Source: Squalus acanthias
Lineage: Eukaryota
Length of the DNA stretch: 64,000 bases
NCBI GenBank assembly: GCA_030390025.1
Contig: CM059452.1
Coordinates: forward strand, 8,618,001-8,682,000
Reading direction: 5' to 3'
The translations under genes and the position numbers were made by a program. Below the pieces are notes generated by a model. The model was not told the origin of the DNA. It searched no databases and saw nothing but the letters and a program-made list of their open reading frames with translations. This document shows, one piece after another, positions 1 to 12,344 of the stretch. How positions within the stretch are numbered: position 1 is the first letter of the stretch; every line of letters begins with the position of its first letter.

Positions 1-545
1 GGGAAGGTCATTGATGAAGCAGCTGAAGATGGTTGGGCCGATGCACTGCCCTGAGGAACTCCTGCAGCGGTGTCCTGGGGCTGTGAAATTGACCTTCAAC
101 CACCACAACCACCTTCCTTTGTGCTAGGTATGACTCCATCCAGTGGAGTTTTTTTCCCCTGATTCCCATTGACTTCAGTTTTACTAGGACTCCTTGATGC
201 CAGACTCGGTCAAATGCTGCCTTGATGTCTAGGGCAGTCACTTTACCTCAACTCTGGAATTTAGCTCCTTTGTCCATGTTTGGACCAAGGCTGTAATGAG
301 GTCGGGAGCCGAGTGGTCTTGTCGGAACTCAAACTGGGCATCAGTGAGCAGGTTATTGGTGTGTGAGGGCCATTTGATAGTACTGTCCATGACACCTTCC
401 ATCACTTTTCTGATGATTGAGAGTAGACTGATGGGACGGTAATTGGCCGTGTTGGATCTGTCCTGTTTTTTCTGGACAGGACATACCTGGGCAGTTTTCC
501 ACATTGTCCACATGCCAGTGTTGTAGCTGTACTGGAAATAGTAAA
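1..545 (-). mobile_element. CR1-clade LINE reverse transcriptase fragment (degenerate, runs off window start)
   Basis: ORFs 238-513 and 8-241: WKTAQVCPVQKKQDRSNTANYRPISLLS...ALDIKAAFDRVWHQG. Confidence 0.9.
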
Positions 546-616
546 CACAGTAAAATGGAAGGTACTTTATGTTCGTGACACCTGCAAGAGGAAGATTGTG
601 TAAAGTGTAAACTTAC

Positions 617-668
617 CATTTAAGAGAGCTGCATTTGTGACGAATGAATAAACTGAAAGAAACAACAT
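617..668 (-). pseudogene. TCR V leader exon (MLFLSVYSFVTNAALLN); its V exon is not in the window and the intron is interrupted by CR1
   Basis: 52-nt phase-1 exon ending G|GTAAGT; paralogous to the leader at 58320-58371. Confidence 0.7.
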
Positions 669-805
669 GTTTGCAGAGAGTTGATGGCGGATTTGAACAG
701 AACGGGTTGAACCTGTGATTGTTTTAGTCAAGAGTTGGGAAGATGTGCGTAATTTCCGGTCTTTCTGCCGCTTGACCCGTCCCTGTCAGAGTCGACACGT
801 GACAT

Positions 806-956
806 CTAATCAGCTCACGTGTCCTTTGTTCTCCAAATCAACCAAACAGCTCACGTGTCCTTTGTTCTCCAAATTAACCAATCAACTCAGGTGTCCTTTG
901 TTCTCCAATTCATCCAATCAGGTCAACGGTCCTTTTTTCTCCAGTTCATGACGTCA
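806..956 (-). promoter_or_regulatory. V promoter: about four ~36-bp CCAAT/E-box repeats plus a perfect CRE (TGACGTCA, 949-956)
   Basis: Repeat unit (c)caatcagctcacgtgtcctttgttctccaa upstream of the leader; paralogs at ~58500-58620 and ~60635-60760. Confidence 0.6.
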
Positions 957-1308
957 GAGCGGGAAGCGGAGAACGAGGTGAAATTGTTCTCCTCATAACA
1001 GAGAATTAGACGGGTATTAAACCCAATGTTGGCCCATTAACAGGTCAATCTCTGAGGTGTGGGCAGTGAAGCAAAATAGTTCAGATTGTTCAGTGCGAAA
1101 GCGTCCAATTAAAAGAGTTGCTGACTGAGCATGTGAACTACTCACTGCCGAAATAAAGGGGGATATTACGTTGAATGACATAGTGTCTGCAGCTAAGACA
1201 CAGGTCATTCGGCAAAACTGGTCTTTATAGTTTGGTTCCCGTTCTATTATCATATCACAATCCAGGTCCCAAATCTGATTCATTGAGAGGGGATCGGAGT
1301 CCTTTGCT

Positions 1309-1347
1309 GGTTTTTGTACGGACTGACTGCGCCCCTGTAACAGTGTG
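1309..1347 (-). other. 23-RSS (CACACTG-23-ACAAAAACC)
   Basis: Directly follows ...YHCALH of the V exon. Confidence 0.9.
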
Positions 1348-1770
1348 GAGTGCAGCGCACAGTGATACACGGCAGAGTCAGAGACATTTAAAAGAACCGT
1401 TTTCTTGCCTTGGTCCAAATCAGCAGAGAACCGGTTTTGGAAATCTGGAGACTTATCCCCCTGCCCCTTGCCGTATCTCTTCAGTAAATATCTCGGACCT
1501 TCCCCGGCGTACTGGTTGTACCAGAAGAGATAGGGAAAGTTATCGGATGTGGAGCAACTGCAGTTCAATATTATGGTCTGTCCTTCCTGAATCGTTAATT
1601 CAGACGGATTCTGTGACACTGAGTCTTCGCCACTCGTTCCTGTATCAAAATACAGAATGCATCAAAAGTCGGTCAGTAAATATAACCCATGGAACACACA
1701 CTGATCCTTTCCACATAGACTCACCGGGCAGCACGACCATTATTATCAGCAAGGAACATGGGGAGCACAT
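1348..1770 (-). CDS. TCR alpha/delta-type V segment (leader 1725-1770, V exon 1348-1639); open, with a 5-codon FR3 deletion
   Basis: SVSQNPSELTIQEGQTIILNC...LFWYNQ...DSAVYHC; GT/AG intron; paralog at 54791-55222 has ITAVL that is missing here. Confidence 0.85.
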
Positions 1771-2029
1771 GGTGTCTGGTTTAGAATTAGACAGGAAATA
1801 GCAGATCGCGTTAAATATGTTGACCCTTCTATTCTTATATCAAAGAGTAAAGTCAAATTAGGGGCAGGCTTCAATTATTGGGAAAATGAGAGGCTTCTCG
1901 CAGGGACAAGATTGGCTGGTCTCTCAGAACTGACACCAGCTGTGCAACAATCAGCGTTAGTTGTGGATCAATTACTGATGTCTCCCTACAAACCCTTTCC
2001 TTGCCTAGCTCTGTGAGTGAGTCTCTCTC

Positions 2030-2045
2030 TCAATCTCTGTCTGCG

Positions 2046-2091
<46 letters not shown>

Positions 2092-2155
2092 TGTCTCGTT
2101 GTCACTCACTCTGCTTAAATCGGTGTCTTTCTCACTCTCTCTTTCTCTCTGTCTC
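2030..2155. repeat. (CT)n microsatellite
   Basis: Direct inspection. Confidence 0.9.
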
Positions 2156-2565
2156 AGTAAGGTTAAAGGCGAAACATAATATACATCATTCTCAATTCCC
2201 GGTATCACTGAGCTTCCTCCACAGTCAATGAGTTCCATTGCTAGTCATAACCTTAAGACCACGAGCGACGTGTTATGTGGACAGCCCTCCGCACCAGTGA
2301 GGTATCGTTTAAAAAAGTGACCTGACAGATCTGCACCACACCCAGGACTTTTACTTGTCGAGATTGATCCTGTTATTCATCCCAGAGAGCTGCAGGTTTG
2401 TGCTAACACTGGGGTCTGAATTTGCCCCTGGATTAAAATGGTTCAGAATAGTCACATTTCCCAACGCTGACAGCATTGACCTTAACTAGAAAAAACCGCT
2501 CGGATTACGCTTTATTTTCCCATTTACATTTTCCTGGAGCACAAACTTGATGCAGACCTGTGCCT

Positions 2566-2880
2566 TGTTTTTGGATGAGGACCGAGGGACCCTTATTCAC
2601 TGTGGGTCTCAGAGCACAGTAATACACGGCGCTGTCTGTGATCTCCAAGCCTTTCATGGATAAGTGAAAAGTGCCTTGTGTCCGGTTGAGATTTCCACTG
2701 AAGTGTTCAGAACCCGGAGCCGTCTCGTTATTCCCATAACTATCGTCTCTGAGCAGATACTGAGGGTCTTGGTGGGGATACTGGCGATACCAGAAGAGGC
2801 CATAGTTTGTAGCTGAACCCGATACAGACTAACTGCAGGTTATTACAGAGTCTGCACTCTCTTCTGATCGGACAATTAGA
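2566..2880 (-). pseudogene. TCR V pseudogene (V 2605-~2880, RSS 2566-2604 CACAGTG-23-CCAAAAACA); in-frame TAG after first Cys, 5' end lost at a microsatellite/L2
   Basis: ITCS*SVSGSATNYGLFWYRQYPHQDPQYLLR...GLEITDSAVYYCALR. Confidence 0.9.
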
Positions 2881-2931
2881 CTCACAAACACAGGCAGATA
2901 AACACACACAGATTCATACTCACAGACATAA

Positions 2932-4480
2932 CAACAACAACTTGTATTTATATAGCGCCTTCAACGTAGTAAAACGTCCCAAGGCGCTCCACTGGAGTAT
3001 TTTAAGACAACAAATTGTCACCGATCCACATAAGGATAAATTAGGGCAGGTGACCAAAAGCTTGGTCAAAGAGGAGGTTTTAAGTAGCGTCTTAAAGGAG
3101 GAAACTGATGTAGCGAGGCGGAGAGTTTTAGGCAGGGAATTCCAGAGTTTAGGCCCTAGGCAACAGAAGGCACGGCCACCAAAGGTTGAGCGATTATAAT
3201 CAGGGACCCTCAAGAGGGCAGAATTAGAGGAGCGCAGATATCTCGGGGGGTTGTGGGGCTGAAGGAGATTACAGAGATAGGTAGGGGAGAGGCCATGGAG
3301 GGATTTGAAAACAAGATGAGAATTTTGAAATCGAGGCGCTGCTTAACTGGGAGCCAATGTACGTCAGCGAGCACAGGGGTGTTGGGCGAACGGGACTTGG
3401 TGCAAGTTAGGACACGGGCAGCCGAGTTTTGGATAACCTCAAGTTTACGTAGGGTGGAATGTGGGAGGCCAGCCAGTGGTGTGTTGGAAGAGTCAAGTCT
3501 AGAGGTAACAAACGCATGGATGAGTGTCTCAGCAGCGGATGAGCTGAGGCAAGGGCGGAGACGGGCGATGTTACGGAGGTGGAAGTAGGTGGTCTTTGTT
3601 ATGCTGCGAATATGTGGTTGGAAGCTCAGTTCAGGATCAAATATGACACCAAGGTTGCGAACAGTGTGGTTCAGCCTCAGACAGATGTTAAGGAGAGCAA
3701 TGGAGTCAGTGGCGAGGGAACGGAGTTTGTGGCGGGGACCGAAAACAATGGCTTCGGTTTTCCCAATATTTAATTGGAGAACATTTTTGCTCATCCAGAA
3801 CTGTATGTCGGACAAACAGTCTGAAAATTTAGAGACTGTGGAGGGGTCGAGAGAAGAGGTAGTGAGGTAGAACATGTGGAAACTGACGCTGTGTTTTCGG
3901 ATGATGTCGCCAAGGGGCAACATGTAGATGAGAAATAGGAGGGGGCCAAGGATAGATCCTTGGGGGACACCAGAGGTAACGATGCGGAAGCGGGAAGAGA
4001 AGCCGTTGCAGGTGATTCTCTGGTTACGATTAGATAGATAAGAATGGAACCAGGCTAGTGCCGTCCCACCAGCTGGACGAGGTTGAGAGGCGTTGGGGAA
4101 GGATGGAGTGGTCAACCGTGTCAAAGGCTGCAGACAAGTCAAGAAGGACGAGGAGGGATAGTTTACCTTTGTCCCCGTCACAAAGGATGACATTTGTGAA
4201 TTAGATGAGAGCCGTTTCTGTACTGTGGCAAGGGCGGATACCTGATTGGAGGGAATCAAACATGGAATTACAGGATACATGTGCACAGATTTGGGAGGCA
4301 ACAGCACGTTCAAGGATTTTGGAGAGTACAGGGAGGTTGGAGATGGGGCGGTAGTTTGCAAGGACGGAGGGATCAAGGTTTGTTTTTTTGAGGAGAGGGG
4401 TGATGACGGCAGATTTGAGGAGAGAGAACCGTTAACAATATCAGCTAACATGGGAGCCAAAAAAATAAGTTGGCTGGTCA
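2932..4480 (-). mobile_element. L2-clade LINE, 5'-truncated, flanked on both sides by CA/GACA simple repeat
   Basis: ORFs 3210-4628 and 2920-3213 ([47 protein letters not shown]); (GTT)n tail. Confidence 0.9.
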
Positions 4481-5739
4481 GATAACACAGACAGATAAAC
4501 ACACGTGGACAGATAAATACACACAGACTCACAAATTCATATTCACAGACACAGACAGATAAACACACACAGACACACATATTCACACTCACAGAAACAG
4601 ACAGATAAACACAAATAGACAGACACATTCACACTCAGATACAGACAGATAAACACACAGAGACACAGCCAAAACTGTTTAAGAGTAAACTGTGGTTAAT
4701 GGGAAACTCTGAGTTAGTGACATTGCGACAACATCGTGTCAGATTTTAATTTCTATCTAATGGAACTTCTCTCCTGCACAAGAAAACTTGACAATCGATT
4801 CCTCATCAATCGTCAGCATCGGGTTCAAAACACGGTTAAATTGGAATCTTTTTAAAAATAAACTTGAATCCAAGATGTTTCCCCCCTTTCCGTGCAGTTC
4901 CAGGATGTCTCCATGACATTGTGGGTGAGGCTGGTAACGGTCAGACAGAATCCTCACCCATTCCCGGGACCGGATGATCAGAAGTCCGGGACAAAGCAGA
5001 ACAGCACACGGAGCCTGTGTGCCGAGGCCGCGGGCAGTGATGATGAACACAGACAGCGACAATGATCACCGGCAGCTCATTGAAACCAGGCTCTTGGTTT
5101 GATTCAGGAAATGACGGGGACTCCGTGTGCTGATAGAAACACTTCAAATTCCCCCCTTCAGTCCGAAAGCTGCAACTGAGAGGAGGCAACGGGTGAAGTG
5201 CGGGGTCCCAGTGTGGGGAGACTACGCTCATTATGGAGTTCGGACTTTTCGTTATTTGGGGCCTAACAACTTGGTTTTTGGTTTGTTTATTTATTTATAC
5301 ACCTGTGTCTGTCTGTCCATTCTACTATTGACACAACTGTCTTCCATTCATCGAGCTCTAGGTCTGTCCATTTATTTGTCTAATTGTCTATCCACCTATC
5401 TGTCAACTTATCTGTCTGTTCATGTGTGTGTCGCTCTCTGTCTCTCTCTCACTCTCCGTCCTTTTGTCTGTCTGTCTATCTGCCTGTCTGACTGTTTTTC
5501 TGTTTGTCCCTCTGCTGTCTGCCTTTCCCTCTGCCTCTCTGTCTGTCAGTCTTTATGTCTGTCTATCTGTTAATCCACCTGTCTTTCTATGTCTAGCCAT
5601 TAATCTGTTGCTTTCACTTTCTCTCTCTTTGTCTCCCTGTGTACACACAGATAGATAGAGATATATATATGGAAAGAAAGAGAAACGTGTGATTTGTTCT
5701 TCACTCTGTTTCCTGGGTAACCGGGAATGTTTTCTGCAG

Positions 5740-6073
5740 GACTAAGTTCTGGAGACTCCGTCGATCAGTGGCCAACAGAAGCCCAATATCTGGAAGGAAC
5801 CTCGATGAGCATTAATTGTAACTATTCAACCTCCGAAGCCAGCTACTACCTGGAGATTTATTGTCAGAGCCAGAACAAGGCTCCCGCTCTCATAATTCGA
5901 AGACATTTCTTTGGAAAGGACGAAGTTAACGGGTGTTTCTCTGTCATTCTGGAAAAGTCGAAAACTATCGCTGTTTTCACCCTGACTGAGCTGCAGCTCG
6001 CTGACAGCGCCGTGTACTACTGTGCACTGAGTCCAACAGTGAGTAGGGCCTCGGGACACCTCGTACAGTAACT
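5740..6073 (+). pseudogene. TCR V segment (V exon 5740-6034) lacking the FR2 Trp; RSS heptamer mutated (AACAGTG-23-ACAGTAACT, 6035-6073)
   Basis: GDSVDQWP...SINCNYST...LEIYCQ...DSAVYYCALS; possible leader near 5233-5280. Confidence 0.85.
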
Positions 6074-6115
6074 GTGTTCTGTGAGATCAGCGCAAAGGAG
6101 ATACTTTAAACTCGG

Positions 6116-6129
6116 CCACCAGGTGGCGC
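6116..6129 (+). promoter_or_regulatory. CTCF-consensus motif CCACCAGGTGGCGC downstream of V RSS
   Basis: Matches CCASYAGRKGGCRS about 43 bp after the nonamer. Confidence 0.7.
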
Positions 6130-6439
6130 TGACAGAGCGCGGAGTACCCCCGCCGGTCATCTTACATCAACCAATACTGACTGAGATTTCTCAATACAAA
6201 TTAATGCGAAATTTATTTTTATCTCACATTTCTACTCATTAATGTTAAACATTTCCTTACAGTTTTTTTTCTATTTCCCACCGTTACTTTCAGCCCCTGC
6301 TTTTAATCCACTTCACGGTTGAAGACTTTGACAAAAATTGTATAATATATAATTCTGCAATTCCTGACACTAGTCTGCTTGTCTCGAGGCTACATCATTA
6401 CATAAATTAGCTACATCATTACATAAATTTAAAACAGAA

Positions 6440-6740
6440 ATAGACAGTTTGCTCGAAGTAAAGGGAATTAAGGGTTACGGGGAGCGGGCAGGAATTTGGA
6501 CATGAGTCTAGGTTCGGATCGGTCATGGCCCTGTGGGTAGTGTCGTGGGCCCAGGGGCCGTGTAGCCTGATCCTGCTCCTATTTCGTGTGTCCAATTCTG
6601 TTAGGTTCAGGAGATGGTTCTGTGATAATAGATTGGCGGTTAGGATCAGATCAGCCATGATCTTATTGAATGGTGGAGCAGGCTCGAGGGGCAAATTGAC
6701 CTACTCCTGATCCTATTTCTTATGTTCTTATGTTCTTATG
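6440..6740 (+). mobile_element. CR1 3'-end remnants
   Basis: agatcagccatgatcttattgaatggtggagcaggctcgagggg...(ttatgttc)n tail. Confidence 0.75.
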
Positions 6741-7047
6741 TAATTTGAAACGATTGTGAAAGTAACGCAGCCCTTATAGAGAGGCAGAGTTTTATAATTT
6801 CCGATGGGGACATTATTATTGAATTCAGTTCCTCACAGGTGGATCCCACGTGTGACAACACTGCCCGCGGCAGCGCCGCCCACAGCTGCCGTTTGCTGCT
6901 CTCGCTCTGACCTGCCTTGCCTGCACTGTGTTATTGGAGAGATTGCTGCCGCCGTTCCCTGTTTGGCAGTGCAGTGGGGCGGGGATCTGTATTTCTGCTC
7001 CGAAAGAGGATTTCCCGGACTGTTGAGTTGCAGACTCAGGGAGCATC

Positions 7048-7399
7048 ATGTGGAACCGTCTCGCACCGCTTCTCGTCATTATATCACTCCTCAGTAATTA
7101 TCTCCGTCCCAGTAAACATCCATTCCCAACCTGACTGCTGTAACCCAGATGGCATTATTGGTGAAATGATAGTGATGACCTTTACAATTACTTTATGTTA
7201 GAATGGAGCCACCAAGACACAGTGCAACAGCTGACTCCTGCAATGGTGGTTGAAGAGGAAAGTAACGTCACACTAAGCTGCACCTTAAAAACAAGAGATC
7301 CTAACCCATATGTGTTCTGGTACATTCAGCAGCTCGGGTATCCTCCACAGAACGTGTTTTATCTCTCTGGAGGGATATAGCGGATCCCGCACAAAAACC
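7048..7399 (+). pseudogene. Truncated TCR V (leader 7048-7093; FR1-FR2 7202-~7366) fused to RSS spacer+nonamer of another V family
   Basis: DTVQQLTP..VTLSCT..VFWYIQQ; 7367-7399 matches the spacer/nonamer at 55230-55262; no FR3 and no heptamer. Confidence 0.85.
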
Positions 7400-7423
7400 C
7401 ACACTGAGAGCTCCAGTAAGTGC

Positions 7424-7437
7424 TCACCAGAGGGCGC
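7424..7437 (+). promoter_or_regulatory. CTCF-consensus motif TCACCAGAGGGCGC
   Basis: About 25 bp after the nonamer. Confidence 0.6.
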
Positions 7438-7729
7438 TTTCATGCCGAAAACTGCAACAATAATTCAGCCTCCCGCTTCAGAGTCATAGGGACCTTCTTA
7501 AAAGGTCGAGAAAACACAACTCTCAACAAGAACAGGTGAGGCCCACTCGCAGAATTATATTAGCCCGGATATTCCGATCCCTACAGATGGGTAGGCGCTG
7601 TGTACCCACCCGTAGGGACATCGGAAAAGTCGGTTTCAGGCATGCACAGCGCATGCGCTGAAAACCGGCCTTTCCGATCTGTCAAGAATGCTCTTGACAG
7701 ATCGGACGCCGGCCCTGGAGAACAGAGAT

Positions 7730-10310
7730 AGAGTCATAGAGTCATAGAGTTATACAGCACAGAAAGACGCTCCTCGGCCCATCGTCTCCGCGGCGGCCAT
7801 CAAGCCCTGTCTATTCTAATCCCATTTTCCAGCACTTGGTCCGTAGCCTTGTATGCTATGGCGTTTCAAGTGCTCACCTAAATGCTTATTGAATGTTGTG
7901 AGGGTTCCTGCCTCTACCACCCTTTCAGGCAGTGAGTTCCAGATTCCAACCACCCTCTGGGTGAAAAAGTTTTTCCTCAAATCCCCTCTAAACCTCCTGT
8001 CCCTTACCTTGAAATTATGCCCCCTGGTTATTGACTACTCTACTAAGGGAAAAGTTCCCTATCTGTGCCCCTCATAATTTTGTACACCTCAATCAGGTCC
8101 CCCCTCAGCCTTCTCTGCGCTAAGGAAAACAACTCCAGCCTGTCCAGTCTCTCTTCATAGCTGAAGCGCTCCAGCCCAGGTAACATCCTGGTGAATCTCC
8201 TCTGCACCCTCTCCAATGCAATCACATCCTTCCTAAAGTGTGGCGACCAGAAATGCAAACAGTATTCCAGCTGTTGCCTAACTAGCGTTTTGTACAGCTC
8301 CATCATAACCTCCCTGCTCTTATATTCTAAGCCTCGGCTAATGAAAGCAAGTATCCCATATGCCTTTTAAACCACATTATCTACCTGTTCTGCTGCCTTC
8401 AGGGATCTATGTACATGCACACCAAGGTCCCTTTGATCCTCTGTCCTTCCTAGAGTCCTACCATTCATTGTGTATTCCCTTGCCTTGTTAGTCCTCCCAA
8501 AATGCATCACCTCACACTTTTCAGGGTTAAATTCCATTTGCCACTGTTCTGCCCATCTGACCAACCCGTCTATATCGTCCTGTAGCCTGAGGCTTCCCTT
8601 CTCGCTATTTACCACCCACCAATTTTCGTGTCATCTGCAAACTCACTGATCATACCTCCTACATTCATATCTAAATCATTAATGTACACTACAAACAGCA
8701 AAGGACCCAGCACCGATCCCTGCGGTACACCACTGAACACAGGCTTCCAGTCACAAAAACAACCTTCGACCATCACCCTCTGCCTCCTGCCACTAAGTTA
8801 ATTTTGGATCCAATGTGCCAAGTTGCCCTGGATCCCATGGGCTTTTATCTTCTTGACCAGTCTCTCATGCAGGACTTTGTCAAAAGCCTTACTGAAGTCC
8901 ATGTAGACCACATCAACTGCACTACCCTCATCCACACACCTAGTCACCCCCTCGAAAAATCAATCAAATTGGTCAGACATGATCTCCCCCTGACAAAGCC
9001 ATGCTGACTATCCTTGATTAATCCTTGCCTCTTCAAGTGGAGACTGATTCTGTCCCTCAGAATTTTTTCCAATAAATTCCCTACCACTGATGTTAGGCTC
9101 ACTGGCTTGTAATTCCCTGGTTTATCCCTAGTACCCTTCTTGAATAATGGTACTACGTTAGCTGTTCTCCAGTCATCTGGCACCTCCCCTGTGACCAGAG
9201 AGGTTCTGAAAATTTGTGTCAGAGCCCCTGCTATCTCCTTCCTTGCCTCACACAGCAGCCTGGGATACATATTGTCTGGGCCTGGGGATTTATCCACTTT
9301 TAAGCCTGCTAAAACCGTTAGTACCTCCTCCCTCTCAATACTAATTTGTTCAATTATATCACAATCCCCCTGCCTGATTTCTATGCCTACATCGTCCTAC
9401 TCCATATTGAACACAGACACAAAATATTCATTTAAAACCCCACCTACATCTTCTGGCTCGACACACAGATTGCCACTTTGGTCCCTGATAGGCCCAACTC
9501 TTTCCCTGGTTATCCTCTTGCCCTTAATATACTTATAAAACACCTTGGGATTTTCCTTTATTTTGCCCACCAGTGATTTTTCATGCCCCCTCTTCGCTCT
9601 CCAATTTCTTTTTTAAGTAGCCCCCCTACACTTTCTATACTCGTCTAGGGCTTCCACTGTTTTTAGTACTTTGTATCTGCCAAAAGCCTCCCTTTTTATC
9701 CTAATCCATTCTCGTATATCCCTTGACATCCAGGGTTCCCTGGGCTTGTTGGTCCCACCCTTGACCTTTACAGGAACATGTTGCCGTTGTACTCTCTCTA
9801 TTTCCTTTCTGAAAGACTCCCGTGCTCTGATGTGGATTTTCCTACAAGTAGCTGATACCAGTCCACTTTGGCCAGATCCTGCCTTATCATGTTAAAATCG
9901 GCCTTCCCCCAATTTATAACCTTTATCTCCGGTCCATCTTTGTCCTTTTCCATGACTACCTTAAATCTCACCGAATTATGGTCACTGTCACCAAAATGCT
10001 CTCCTACTAACACTTCTACCACTTGCCCGGCTACATTCCCTAGAATTAGGTCCAGTACCGCCCCCTCTCTTGTAGGACTTTCTACATGCTGGCTCAAAAA
10101 GCTCTCCTGGATGCACTTTAAGATTTCCGCACCCTCTAAGCCTTTCACACTCTGACTATCCCAGTTAATATTGGGGAAGTTGAAATCCCCTACTATTATT
10201 ACCCTATTATTTCTACACTTCTCTGAGATTTGTCTACATATCTGTTCCTCTATCTCCCCCTGACTGTTTGGGGGCCTATAGTACACTCCCAGCAAAGTGC
10301 TTGCCCCCTT
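7730..10310 (-). mobile_element. CR1 LINE, endonuclease+RT, fragmented ORF2
   Basis: ORFs 9798-10295 (GVYYRPPNS, VGDFN, SDHN), 8944-9297, 8367-8615, 8043-8306; (gagtcata)n tail. Confidence 0.92.
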
Positions 10311-11550
10311 TTTTTCCCCAAGGAAAACAACCCCAGCTTCTCCAATCTATCAACGTAACTGAAGTCTCTCATTCCTGGAATTATTCTCGTACACCTTGTC
10401 TGCACCTTCTCTAAGGCCGTCACATCCTTCCTAAAGTGTGATGCCCAGAATTGGACACAGTACTCCATTTGGGGCCGAACCAGTGTTTTACAGAGGTTCA
10501 TCATAATTTGCACACTTTTGTACTCTATACCGTTATTTATGAAGCCCAGGAGCCTTTTTTAACTGCTTTCTCAAACTGCCCTGCCACCTTCAAGGATTTG
10601 TGCACATATACCCCTAGGTCTCTCTGTTCCCCCTTCAGGATTGTACCATTTAGATTATATATCCTCTCCTCATTCTTTCTACCAAAATGTATCACTTCGC
10701 ACTTTTCTGAGTTAAATTTCATCTGCCACATGTCCGCCCATTTCACCAGCCTGTCTGTCTTCCTGAAGTCTATCACTCTCCTCCTCACTGTTCATTATAT
10801 TTCCAAGTTTTCTGTCATCTGCAAATTTTGAAATTGTGCCCTGTACACCCACGTCCAAGTCATTAATATATATCAAGAAAAGCAGTGGTCCTAGAACCGA
10901 CCCTTGGGGAACACCACTGTATACCTTCCTCCAGTCCGAAAAACAACCGTTCACCGCTATTCGCTGTTTCCTGTCACTTAGCCAATTCCATATCCATGCT
11001 GTCACTAGTCCCTTTTATTCCATGGGCTTCAACTTTGCTGTCAAGCCTATTAAGTGGCACTTTGTCGAACGCCTTTTGAAAATCCATGTACACCACGCTA
11101 ACCGCATTACCCTCATCAACACTCACTGTTACCTCATCAAAAAACTCGATCAAATTAGTTAAACACGATTTGCCTTTAACAAATCCGTTCTGGCTTTCCT
11201 TAATTAATCCACATCTATCCAAGTGACTGTTAATTTTGTCCCTGATTACTGTTTCTAAAAGCTTCCCCACTACCGAGGTTAACCTGACTGGCCTCTAGTT
11301 GCTGGGTTTATCTTTACACCCTTTTTTGAACAATGGTGCAACATTTGCAATTCTCCAGTCTCTGGCCCCACCCCCGTATTTATGGAGGATTGGAATATTG
11401 TGGCCAGTTCCTCCGCAATTTCCAGCCCTCAATTCCCACAGCATCCTAGGATGCATTCCATCCGCTCCTGGTGATTTATCTACTTTAAGTACAGCCAGCC
11501 TTTCCAATACCACTTCTTTATCAATTTTTATCTCATCAATCAACTGGTTT
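10311..11550 (-). mobile_element. Second CR1 RT fragment abutting the previous copy
   Basis: ORFs 10250-10513, 10537-10788, 10712-11005 ([16 protein letters not shown]), 10974-11270, 11295-11585. Confidence 0.9.
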
Positions 11551-11748
11551 CCCTGAAAAATGTAAAAAAGGAAATGAATCAGCAAGATTTAAACTGGATT
11601 GGACATTGACCTTATATGTTTATCGATATATGTGATCAATATCGCTGCAATACCCCTCCCCATAAATGGGCGCTGGAAACTGCCCCATAGAATCACTTAC
11701 AGTGTGTTTTAATTCAGTATCCGAGCAGTGTAAAGGTTCCCATCGTAT

Positions 11749-11762
11749 CCGCCAGAGGGCGC
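11749..11762 (+). promoter_or_regulatory. CTCF-consensus motif CCGCCAGAGGGCGC downstream of a minus-strand V RSS
   Basis: About 65 bp beyond the nonamer; same motif and flank at 62168-62181. Confidence 0.7.
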
Positions 11763-11827
11763 CATAATCACATGTTTCTCGCTGCTCCCTCGGGATTCGG
11801 TTTAGCTCAGATCAGTGAAGCGCCCGG

Positions 11828-12344
11828 AGTTTCTGTACGAGGGTTTAACTGGTTTCCATCACCGTGAGTCTCAGGACACAATAATAAACCGCAGTGTCGG
11901 CCAGTTGCAGCACCCAGATTGTTAAACTGTTGAATTTACTTGAGATCTGGAGCTCTGCAGAGAAGCGGGTATGAGCAATTACTGCTTTATCTTCATAACC
12001 GCTCGGGTATTTCATCAGAGTAAACTCGGGCTGTGTGTCTGGGAATTGCCTGTACGAGTATAAATAATAGCTGCTCCGTGTAGTCTCAAAGGTACAGCTT
12101 AAAGTCACCGCTTCTCCTTCTGTCTTAACTCCTGAGGACAGCGGCTGAGTGACAGAATCTCCAAGTCTCAGATCTGAAAAACATGTTCAAACAGGAAAAG
12201 ATCAGACCGGCGGGTGCTTGAAATTCAGATTCAAAACCTGTTAGAAATGAGAGAAAAGATGAAATGTGTTTGGTCCACAATAACCTGTCAGAAATGCTCC
12301 CCCCCCCCGTCCCCCCACACAGCCCAGATGCTGAGTAGCCGCAT
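11828..12344 (-). pseudogene. TCR V (leader 12285-12344, V exon 11867-12173, RSS 11828-11866 CACGGTG-23-ACAGAAACT); FR2 Trp->Ser and 14-nt G-rich insertion frameshifting the leader
   Basis: GDSVTQPLSSGVKTEGEAVTLSC...YSYRQ...DTAVYYCVLR; paralog of 56575-57089. Confidence 0.88.

Noticed and set aside
4940-5130. Hydrophobic TM-like stretch on the minus strand (LPVIIVAVCV/FIITA)
   Set aside because: Needs a frameshift and has no clear splice sites or family motif.
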